A stretch of DNA of 64,000 nucleotides from Selaginella moellendorffii (Eukaryota > Plantae > Lycopodiophyta): contig NW_003314310.1 of NCBI RefSeq assembly GCF_000143415.4, positions 1,296,611 through 1,360,610 on the forward strand. The letters run 5' to 3'. The position numbers and the translations under genes were made by a program. This document shows positions 51,856-62,152 of the stretch, piece by piece. How positions within the stretch are numbered: position 1 is the first letter of the stretch; each line of letters opens with the position of its first letter. A model generated the notes under the pieces. It worked only from the letters and a program-made list of their open reading frames with translations, had not been told where the DNA came from and made no database searches.

Positions 51856-54800
51856 TAAGGGTGAATGGGTATAGTCTTAGCATAATGGGCCAATATATCA
51901 GTGGTACCTTTAAGTGTTGATCATAAAATTAGACATATGGAGGATTTGGACCAAGTGCAAAGGTTGAGTGGTATAGATGCCATTCATGGGGCTTACAAGT
52001 CCCCAAGTCCAGAATAGGACTTATGGAGGTTGTGTGTGAGACTCCTTCAAGTGATCAGAGGTGTGGTTAAGTGACTAAAATAAAATGGAAAATTTAATCA
52101 TTGACACCACCATCAAAGTATCATAACCCTTAGACTTTGGCAAGCAAGTGATAAATTCAAGGGTCACACTTTGAAATGGCCATGTCGGTGTTAGAATGCA
52201 TTGCAACTTTCCAGTCTACTTCTCAATTTTACACTTACATTGCTGGCATATAGGGTAAGAATGAATATAATCCACTTCATCACCTTCCATACTATACTAG
52301 AAAATTCACTTTTTCAATGAAGCAAGAGTCTTTCATTTTCCACCATGTCTTACTATTGGAACACCATGATGTTCCCGTAGAAACAATTGCTACAGATCCT
52401 TAGAGGGAAGATACAATCTTTCTTGATTATAGAAAATAAACCCATCCCGAACTAAGAAGTGATGTTTCATATTGGCATGATTAGCAACTTTCACCACTTC
52501 AGTACCAGGGTTCTGCTTCGAAACTCCATATGGAGTAAGATTTCCTTTGCCAATGGATCACTTCTATATGAAGCCTGAATGTCCTCCAACCAGTTCAAAC
52601 TGATTGCTGACATTGCCTGGAACTGAGCTTGACAATTCAATGCATCTAGAACAATATTATCTTTACCAAGTTTATAGATAATATTCCAAGGACCTATGTC
52701 CTATCTCTCTGCAATGGAAGCAATGACCCACACTACTTGTTCCACTAGAAGTAGGTTTCTTAGGTTGCTACTACTTGTACCCAATAAGAGGAGGAACATA
52801 GAGCTTGGGACCAAAAGAAGCTGCTGGTGGTTATCAACCACCACCTTTGTTAACTATTGCTTGTGAGCCTCCAGGGCGAAACTTTCCTTCCACCCTCTTT
52901 TTCCAATCATCTTATTTATTCCCAGAGATCTTATTCTTGTACAAGGTACTAGCATACAGCTACTGATATTGTTCCATGAGTGAGTGACTAAAGGCAACTT
53001 GGTATGGTGCCTCCTTACACTCCAAGTACGTCATCTTCGGCTTAAACTTCAAAATCTCATTGTGAGAAAGTGAATTTAAACCTTCCAAGAAATAACTTCG
53101 AGTATCTTCATCACTCATATTTACAATCATAATGCACTTCTAAGCAAACACATTAATGTAATGTATAATGTCCCCTCACTGCTTTAACTACCATACCGTT
53201 GCGTGAAGTTTCATACCAAGATCATCCGGCAAGTATTCTTTATGGATCCGAGATTGCATCTTGGTCCAACTTCTAATTTGCCCTTTTTCAACACACACTT
53301 GGCACCACCACGTTTTGGCATGTTCAGTGAGAAAGGATTATGCATACACAACTTTTGTACGATCATCTATGTCTACCACTATGAAATAGTTTTCCATATC
53401 ATAGACCCAGTCTTCCAAAACTTAATAGTCTTGTATGCCTTTGAAATTGGGTGGTTTTAGAGGCTTGAACTTTGAAACTCATGTAACCGGGGGTGGTTGC
53501 AAAACTTCATCATCCTCAAAACTTTAAGAGGAGTTTAGTTGTTTAGGTTTAGCTAGTTTCGTTGCCTCAACTTCTTTCTTCTTCTTCTTATTCTCCTTCT
53601 TCCACTTGCAAACTTCCCCTTACAAATTCTCAATCTCAACTTCTTGAGCTGTATGCTGTAATGCTGTAGCATTAGGCTCTTCTTCCTCTGATTTAGCCTT
53701 TGCCTCTCCTGTAGTATCTTTAGCAAGAGTTTCCTCCTCTCAATTCGCCCATCTAAAAGTTTCAGCATCATCAAAATGGTTCTTTTTCACCATCTTGCTA
53801 GTTGTATACATACCTTTATCAATAATTGAACATGCATACAACATTTTTACCGAATGGTGCAATCACACTAATATTACACAGGTCACTTTAGATCTACTAC
53901 AAAAGTCTCTTCATATGCAACGCAAGTCAAAATTTTTGACAAAAGTTGAATAAGAATCGTTGAGACAATTCCTCTGATACCAAATGTAGTGCATCTAAAT
54001 TTGGAGTTGAACTCCAAGCCTATTGTGCTACAGAACGAGGGTCTAGTACAATCCCATGAGCACCAACTCCTCATATCCAGCATTTGCATGTAAAATTGTG
54101 TCAGACAGTGTTAGGCATGATTTTGGCATACTAGTGGCCTAACGTGAAGAGGAGAGTACTCTACTGACTAAAGTAGTGTGGAGCTTGGGCTTAGACCCAA
54201 GCCGAACACATAATAAGGAGTGATACAGCTTAGCAAGAGCTAAACTAATGTCTTAGGTGGTCAAAATACATTCCAACCACTATCCTTACTATACATTTGG
54301 AACCCCCAATAACCCCCCCCACCCCCCCCCCCCCCCCCCCCCCTTGAGGAACACACGCTTTGGGTTTTCACCCCAAGCTTCCTTTAGTACTAAGAGTTTT
54401 GTTCTTTTGGTGAAAGTGGATATGATTGATAATTATTAGTGGTGTAACTTTCATATTCTGGAGTTTCTAATGGTGGTATATCTTTGTCTAGTTGTAAATC
54501 TTCTATTGTTGAGTTGTCTTCTAATTTTGTTGTAGTTGTGTGGCTTAATTCACCAACTTGTGTTGCTTGGTTTTTTTTGTCGTAGGTGTCGAATATTATC
54601 TCAAGAATTTCTTTTTGAGATTGAGTTATCTGTTGTTTATGTAGTGTTGAAGGTTGCTAGAGTTGTCTTCTACTTGCTTGATTTTCTTAACATCGATCTC
54701 ACTCTTGTATCTTGAGTTGGTTGGGTTTGTGCTCATATATTTGATGTTGTGTTGGAGTTTTCTTGAATTTTTGTTTTCTTAAATTTGGTTTCTTGAATTT

Positions 54801-56584
54801 GTTTTATTGGATTTGTTGTTATTGTCTTTGGTTTGTTGTGTTCTTATTAAGGAAATGTTGTATAGTTATAGAATTGTGTGGTGTAGACTAACACGATCTT
54901 GTATGTTGGTATTTGTATTGCTACATTGTACTCAGTTAAATAAAGTTGATCAGTTGTCAACAACTGCTTGCCAACTTTGAGATCAAACAAGAGTGCATAC
55001 TATAGTTACTCTTTTTATGAGTTTTTGTTGTGTTAAATTGTTGTAAAGTAATTGTGGCCTACCTCTAATTATGTTGTATAAATTTTTACATATCCTCACT
55101 ATGAGCTTCCGCGATCTCCAATAGATGGTGATATTTGAAAAGTTTGAGCTGAGTAGTGGTTGTATTCGAAGTATTGTTATCCTCAAGATTGTTGTTGAAA
55201 TAGATTTTCAAAATTCTTGATTCTTGTATTCTTCTATCTTCAATTGCAGTCCATGCATTGAGATATGGATTCCAATAGACTTCTTTAATTAATAGTTGTA
55301 GTGTTTGGGGGTGTATCCAGTGTTCTTTTGCCCAAGTTCCTCTTCATATTTCTTCATCTTGTAATTTGTATATGGCTGTGTCGATGGGTGTAACATATCC
55401 ATTAATATCATCTAATAATTTCTTTGATTTGTTATAGTAGAAAGGTTGGAAGTTTTTCTTAGATTCGTTGTGTGTTGTTTTTTTTTTTCTTTTTGGCAAA
55501 TTTATTTTTGATCTAAGTAGATGTTGGAAATCCAAAAAAGTTCAAGGATGATTCTCCACATGTAGAGTTTGGTTTTGTCTTGATGTTCTACAAACTTCTT
55601 CTAGTGGATGATGACTCTAGAGTGGATTGGTGTATGTGTTTCTTTTCTTTGTTGATTGTAGATTTTGTTGAAGATTCTTTCTTGAATCTTGAGAGGTAGA
55701 TTCTTGAGTGCCCTCGTGAGTCTTCTTTTTGTATCCTCGATGATGACTAAAGTAGGATTTTAAACTCATGATGTTGAGATTTCGGTCATGATTTGGATTG
55801 GAGGTAGATAGCATTGAGGTCATGAAACTACAAGATTTGTTTATTGCTTCATTTGCTATCATTGACTTTCTTGACTTTTAAGAAAATATTTGTAAGAGTC
55901 AGGAAAAGTTTCTTGAATCCCACATACCCATCATAATCACCATTGAAAACTAGAAGAATATTGGTGTAGTTAGGCTTGCGATTGTGACTAGCTGTACCAG
56001 TCTACTGCTGTGGCTGCAGAATGAAAGATGTTGTATTGTTGGTGATTTCTCGAAGTTAGATTTCAAGTCTTTGAGTCGATTCTTGATTTTGAATTCTTCA
56101 AGATTGTGGAAGAACTTAATTTTGTTAGTGAGGCAATTTAATTGGTCTTTATTCTCTTGTTTGGTCCTGATGAAGCAGTGATGTTTGCAAGTGGGGCTTT
56201 TGATGTTATTGATCTTGCATTGGCACAATAATTCTTGCCGTGGAACAAGCTATCAAACACATGAGTTAATTAGAAACTAATCTAAGACCTTCAATCCCCA
56301 AGAAGGCTCATGCAAGCGGTCATAAGTAAGAATAGGCTTCACATCACTAGAATACTCTGAATCTTGAGCAAATGGATGTGCATTGGTGATAGACAAGAGT
56401 ATAATAGAGATAAGGATAGGGATCGAGTGCTAACTCTCCCCATTAACTACTCCTACATGGTGGCAACTACCACTTCTTCTTGAGTTCTGACTATTTAGAT
56501 CATAACCTTGAGTGTCAAAGTTGTAATCTCGATTATCAAGAAAATGCTCAAATGTATGATTAATCTGTTGTGCTTCAACCAGGG

Positions 56585-57026
56585 TATAAACTTTTAAATT
56601 TGAACTTCTTGGGAGGTCACTCAACCTAAGTGCTCTACGTATTTGATCCCTTACCGACCTTGCACTTAAGTGCTCTACATATTTAGTCCCAAAAGTACTA
56701 GTAGCATGCAAACTCCTAAGTTTGGACTTTTTGGGAGGTCACTTTGCCCAATACTATTCAAACCTAAGGACGTTTAACCCAAGTATCTTAAGACCCTTAA
56801 CCAATTAAAAAAGGGGGTGCACTCTTGTTCATGGGCCCTTTCCTTCTAACTCCTTCCTAAGAAGTCACTCAACCTAGTACTATTTAAACCTAAAGACGAT
56901 TAACCCTAAGTATCCCAAAACCCTTAACCGATTGGAAAAGGGGGACCACTCTTGTTCATGAGCTTTTTCCCTTTATATTTGAACCCTATGGATTGTCTCT
57001 CAAATTGTTCTCTTTGGTTACTCACA
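56585..57026 (-). mobile_element. Rearranged cluster of Cassandra-like LTR fragments
   Basis: Three partial copies of the 5S-like segment (e.g. GACTTTTTGGGAGGTCAC, AGTCACTCAACCTAGTACTA) ending TTGGTTACTCACA. Confidence 0.65.
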
Positions 57027-59803
57027 CAGTGTAAGAACCTCATATGCTAAGGTTATGTCTGTTCTCAATATCTCATTGGTAGTCTAAAACCAACCGTATT
57101 ATAATCCTATTTTTTCAAGATTAAGCTATCCATCCATAAGTAGTTATCCTATAACCACACTTTAGCATTTTTAGAATGTCCCAAGATATAGGAAATACCT
57201 TTCCCTAATATCCCTTTTTTTATCCCCACCAAGTTCCTCTTTGTCTATAGTAATGCTTATCAACACCACCACTAGTCCAGGGCATAAAGGCCTATCCAAC
57301 CTCTGGAACTTCTTCACCACATAACCATACTCTTGGTCACTAAGTAAGAGGACCTACTTCCATAGTTCAGGACTTTGGGACAACATTTCAATACACCATA
57401 GCCCAATGCGAGTGTTATGGGTACTAACCCCACCTTCCACCACTAGGGTGCCTTAGCAATGTGGCTAGAGCAAGGTTCCAATGAGCCTTACATGGTATTT
57501 AAGTAGGTAATGCCACCCACACTTGGATTGAGAGTATTGACTATTTAAACTCCCGAGGAAGCTAGAGCTAGCTTTTGAACACTTTACCAAATTACCCCAT
57601 TTATCTTTTCGTGTTCACTCTAGCCTTGGACTCCTTAATGGTTATGTCATCACCCACCACATGGGTGTAGCCTTCCTTAGTCACATTGGCCTTTCTTGGC
57701 CAAACTAGTTCCACTAAAACCCTCCCCCCTACTATACCATAGAGACTCACCAAACCCCCCAGGGTTTAGGAGATGATTGCTTTGGGCTTTCACCTTCAGA
57801 TTCAAACTCAGACTTAAACCTGGTTTCGATCTTGGTCTCAGTGTTGATTTAAGTCTTTAACTCCTTCTTGGACTCCATCTCAAGCTCCTGTAAGCCACAA
57901 ATTTTTCCTTTCCAATTTGCCAGCTTACCTCATCTATCCGTCCAACTCTGCCTTGGCTTTTGCTAAATTCTCTTGCCAAAGTTCCCGCCTATGGTACCAA
58001 CTCCTACTTGGTCTTACTTGGTTTCAGCTACTCACTACACAAGCAATGGAGTGTTAGCCATCCATCCACGGATTCCCAAATCTCTCCCAATCCCCCTCCC
58101 CGGGTTAGACTGGACTTAAGGTTCGGCTACACTCCCCACAAGCACAAGCAGCCAAGCACACCAAGCTTCCAGGTTCCTAACATCCCTTGGTACCACAAGA
58201 TTTGATCATGGGACCCTCTAAATCCCAAGTCTTGGGTGCAACACTTGCTTCGGGACGCCAGGGCGAAACACCATGGCCTAACGGCCCGGTATGGGTACCT
58301 CTACCTCCCCCCCACTTCCATCCCGAAGGGAAGGTCCAAGCCCCTAGGAAGGGCGAGGACCAATGAGCCACATGGTACTCAAGTGGGGCACCACTCCACA
58401 TGAGCCAAGAGCACCGCAGTTAGTTTCCCTTTCGGGAGTGGGAGCTGCTCTTGAGCACTTCCTTGGATGGCCCCTCCGGCACCAACCACGTCCATGCTCA
58501 CTCCCACCCAAGGCCCCTCAGTCCCAGTCCCAACCTCAAGTCAGTTTGGAAGCCCCACTGGAGAGTTCTTTCAAAACTGGTTCCTGGACCTCACTATCCC
58601 TACTATACTTTTGGAACCCCCTGCCCCCCTAGGAGACGCACGCTTTGGGCTTTCACCCCTTGACCCATATTAGTACTCGAACTCAGTCTCTGGCTCGATC
58701 TTAGACTCGATCTCGGATCCGACTTCGGATTCGGTCTCAGACTCGATCTCGGACTCGATCTCAGACCCAATCTCGGACCTGACCTCGGACTCGACCCCGG
58801 ACTCGGTCTCAGACCCAATTTCGGATCTCGGACTCTGTCTCGAACTCGGTCTCCGAGTCGGCCTTGGACTCGATTCCGGACTCTATCTCGAACTCAGTCT
58901 CCGAGTCGGTCTTGGACTCGATCTTAGACTCGGTCCCATCCAATGAACTCTTTATCATTTTGGTCATGCTTTCGGGGATCTTTTAGCCTATGACACCTTG
59001 AGGAGTTGGTTCTTTACAACTCCACCACCGATAGAAGAAGTTCGATGCCCACATTGAACATCTCTTTTTTATCCTATGACTTGTTGACCATGTCTCCGAG
59101 GGCATCCCCCCACTTAGCGGTGTGCCTAAGTTAGCCTCCCTAACCAAGAGCCCATGACAACGGAATATAGGTGTCCCTATACTCCTCACCTCACCACGCC
59201 CTAGTATAGGGTCGGGACTTGAACCCAGCCTTGCTTTACTAGGGGGTTGGGACTCAAACCCAACCTCCGTAGAATACATCTACGGATTTGACATCCCCGC
59301 AGAGAGTCGGGCGTAGTTCCCTACACCTGGTCGACCTAGCTAACCCATGCTAATTAGCTTACCTTCGGCGTGCCTTCAGGTCCCAACATATGCCATTGCT
59401 CAACTTCTCAAATTGATACTTTTAATTGAATTTTGCATAAGTACATAGAGTTCTGCCTTGCAGAAATTCCTCCACTAGATCTCGCGCGTTCACTAGGTTC
59501 TCCTCTAGTTCCTATGTTGCTTCGCAGTGTGGAAATCCTTTCCACTTCACATAGAACTCTCTCACCTTGCATCCTTGTCGCTTGCTCTTGCGTGCATTGA
59601 GGATGGCCTCGACTTCGTATTCCTCTTCCCCTTGGATAACCTCAGGTAAAGGTCTCACTTGGTCTTTGCGAAGCGGATCCTCAAAATACGGCTTGAGTAA
59701 GTTCACGTGGAACACGGGATGCATCTTCCCCATCTCTTGAGGAAGTGGGAGACGGTAAGCCACTTTACCGATTCGAGCCTCAATCTCGTAAGGCCCCGCG
59801 AAC

Positions 59804-59855
59804 CTACTTAAGGAACTCAAGATCAATTCATTTACAGGAATACATGCATTTTTAC
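59804..59855 (-). other. Putative 52-nt spliceosomal intron before the GPY motif and chromodomain
   Basis: AG|GTAAAA...TTCCTTAAGTAG|G; removal restores KLTQRFAGPYEI. Confidence 0.75.
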
Positions 59856-60273
59856 CTTTGGGTCAACTTCCGGCTGATCCCACTTGGTAGCCTGAGGTCC
59901 TTGGTGTTCAGCCACACCTTCTCCCCAGCTTGGAACTCTACATCTCGACGCTTCTTTTTCGCGTACTTAGTTTGCCTTTGTTGAGCCCGTTCCAAGGAAT
60001 CCCTCACTAAATTCCAAATGTTGAGTCTTTCCGCCGTGAATGCCTCCACTGTGGGTAACTCTCCATGATACTCGGCCACACCAAGTTCCACAGGACCTTT
60101 AATAGCTCACCCATTGATGACTTCCCATGGACTCACCCCGATGCTCGAATGTGGTGAGTTGTTATAACACATTTCCGCAAGTCCCAAATGACTTACCCAA
60201 TCGGTCTGGTCTCCCGAGACATAGCATTGCAAATAATCCTCCAGCTGCCTATTCACCCTTTCCGTTTGTCCGT

Positions 60274-60320
60274 CTGTCAAGAAGTGTTAGTGCCATCAAA
60301 CTTGACTTAATACCCATTAC
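60274..60320 (-). other. Putative 47-nt spliceosomal intron in the integrase core
   Basis: AG|GTAATG...CACTAAC ACTTCTTGACAG|AC; removal restores AYHLQTDGQTERVN. Confidence 0.75.
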
Positions 60321-61756
60321 CTGTCTGCAGGTGATAGGCTATACTGAATTTCAACTTGGTGCGATACTGTTCTAGGAGTGTCTTCAAGAACCTACTGGTG
60401 AAGATCTTATCTCGATCTGAGATAATCTCTTCCAGCCTTCCCCGCACTCGAACCACTTGTTCGAAGAACAGCTTCACCACCCCTTCCGCATCCACTTCTG
60501 TTGTGGTGGGTATGAAATGTGCCATCTTCGAAAATCAATCCACCACCACAAATATCGCATCGAACCCCTCGCTTGAGGGAAGTCCCGTGATGAAGTCCAT
60601 CGTAAGACATTTCCACGGACGATCTAGAAATGGGATGCTTTGTAACAAGCCCCCACTAGCCTTAGTCACGGCTTTAACCTGTTGACATGTTGGACATGTC
60701 TTTACATAGTCTTGGACATCCTTAGCCATATCTGGCCAGTGGTACTTCCTCTTGAGTAAGCCCATTGTCTTGGGCACTCTGCCGTGTCTCACAAGAGGTC
60801 TGTCATGACACTCTTCTAAGGCTACCTTCCTTAGTTCCCCTTCTGGAACATACACCATCGTTTGCTTGTAATATATGAGTCCATTGCATTCCACATAGCT
60901 CGTTTTCTCTTCCGTTGGCAACTCACCTCTCTGGTGAGCTTCCCGTGCCTCTAGATTCCACAGCAACACTTCTTGTGCTAGACCATCATTCTCGTAGGCG
61001 GTCCGTACATCATCCCAAAAGGTTGCTGTTGCACTAGATATTGCCAATTTCAAACTCGCTTTTCGATTTAGCGCATCTGCCACGATGTTGCGCTTCCCAG
61101 GCTTGTATAGAATCGCGCAATCAAACTCGGCCAAAGCATTGGCCCACCGACCTTGTTTTCCCCTCAGGTCGGGCTGTGACAAGAAGTGTTTCGTTGCCAC
61201 ATTGTCCGTGTAAACCTTGAAGTGTCTCCCAAGGTAGTGTCGCCACTCCTTGAGTGCCTTGACCACCGCAAACAATTCCTTCTTATGGGCAGGCCACTTC
61301 CGTTGAGCCATGTCCAACTTCTTCAAGAAGAACGCTACTAGATGGTTGTCTTGCTTCAAAACTGCACCCAACGCAAAGTCTAAAGCATCTGTTTCTACCT
61401 CAAAGTCCTTACCAAAGTCTGGTAACACCAACATGGGAGCCTTCCTCAACTTCCCTTTGAGGTGGATGAATGCCGCCTCGCATTCCACTGTCCATACCAT
61501 CTTTCTTTTTCCCGTTTGGTACGTTAAGGGCAGGGCTACTCTCGAATAGTGTTTGATAAACTTTCGATAGTAGTTGCATAGCCCCATGAATGCCCTTAAC
61601 TCATGTACATTCGATGGTCGCTCCCAATCCTGGATCACTTGGACCTTCTCCGGGTCCACCTTGAGCCCGTCCTGGCCCACCACATGCCCGAGAAACTTTA
61701 CCTCTTGTTGAGCAAAGTTACATTTGCTCTCTTTAGCATACAGTTTGTGTTCCCTT

Positions 61757-62152
61757 AGTTTCTCAAACACCTTCGCCAAGTGTTCGGCATGCTCCTCAAG
61801 CGTCTCGCTATAGATCAGGATGTCGTCGATATAGACGACCACGAAGTGATCTAGATAGGGTACAAATATGTGGTTCATCAGCGCCGAAAGTTTCTCAAAC
61901 ACCTTCGTCAAGTGTTTGGCATGCTCCTCTAACATTTCGCTATAGATCAGGATGTCATCAATATAGACGACCACAAAGTGATCCAGATAGGGTACAAATA
62001 TATGGTTCATCAGTGCCGAAAGTTTCTCAAACACCTTCGTCAAGTGTTTGGCATGCTCCTCTAGCGTTTCGCTATAGATCAGGATGTCGTCAATATAGAC
62101 GACCACAAAGTGATCCAGATAGGGTATAAAAATATGGTTCATCAACGCCGAA
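61757..62152 (-). repeat. 3 x 132-bp in-frame tandem repeat within RT
   Basis: Units start at 61757, 61889 and 62021; each encodes 44 aa including YIDD. Confidence 0.95.

Larger units (their letters stand above)
23763..52106 (+). mobile_element. Older family-C non-autonomous LTR element (C-o)
   Basis: 5' LTR 23763-23990 plus 32779-34131; PBS TGGTATCAGA 34135-34144; PPT AGGTGGTGGAGT; 3' LTR 48706-52106 (interrupted). No long ORF. Confidence 0.75.
21216..54395 (-). mobile_element. Degenerate chromovirus-like element with A-related LTRs (A2), split inside integrase by a ~28 kb nest
   Basis: 3' LTR 21216-22154; truncated 5' LTR from 53985; Met PBS 53972-53982; gag remnant ~53000-53450; RNaseH end ~52620-52690. 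Integrase reads ...KGYDTLMV(52107) / VVDQ(~23760)...STDYHPQT...KLLPRYVGPY...DVFHVNLL. Protease and RT appear deleted. Confidence 0.75.
18758..56577 (-). mobile_element. Degenerate non-chromovirus Ty3/Gypsy element (family D, Athila/Tat-like), hosting ~33 kb of nested inserts
   Basis: Paired LTRs 18758-19226 and 55944-56577, PPT GGGAGAG, PBS-like TGGTGATTATGATGGG, TSD ATCAG/ACCAG. Confidence 0.75.
18140..57888 (-). mobile_element. Old family-C LTR split by later insertions (pieces ~18140-18757 and ~56578-57888)
   Basis: Begins TGTAAGCAACTAAATTTTCCATTC like 50065; continues at 57030-57888 colinearly with ~50280-51100. Confidence 0.6.

Noticed and set aside
50787-51858. Multiple 190-340 aa RS/SD/LG-rich ORFs (also near 24.0-24.7, 27.4-28.3, 31.1-31.8 and 36-37 kb)
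   Set aside because: Artefacts of stop-free hexamer and 12-mer arrays in LTRs, open in nearly all frames.
60880-60935. Donor-like AG|GTGAGT between RNaseH and integrase
   Set aside because: The frame is uninterrupted and no matching intron was identified, though it could be an alternative donor.
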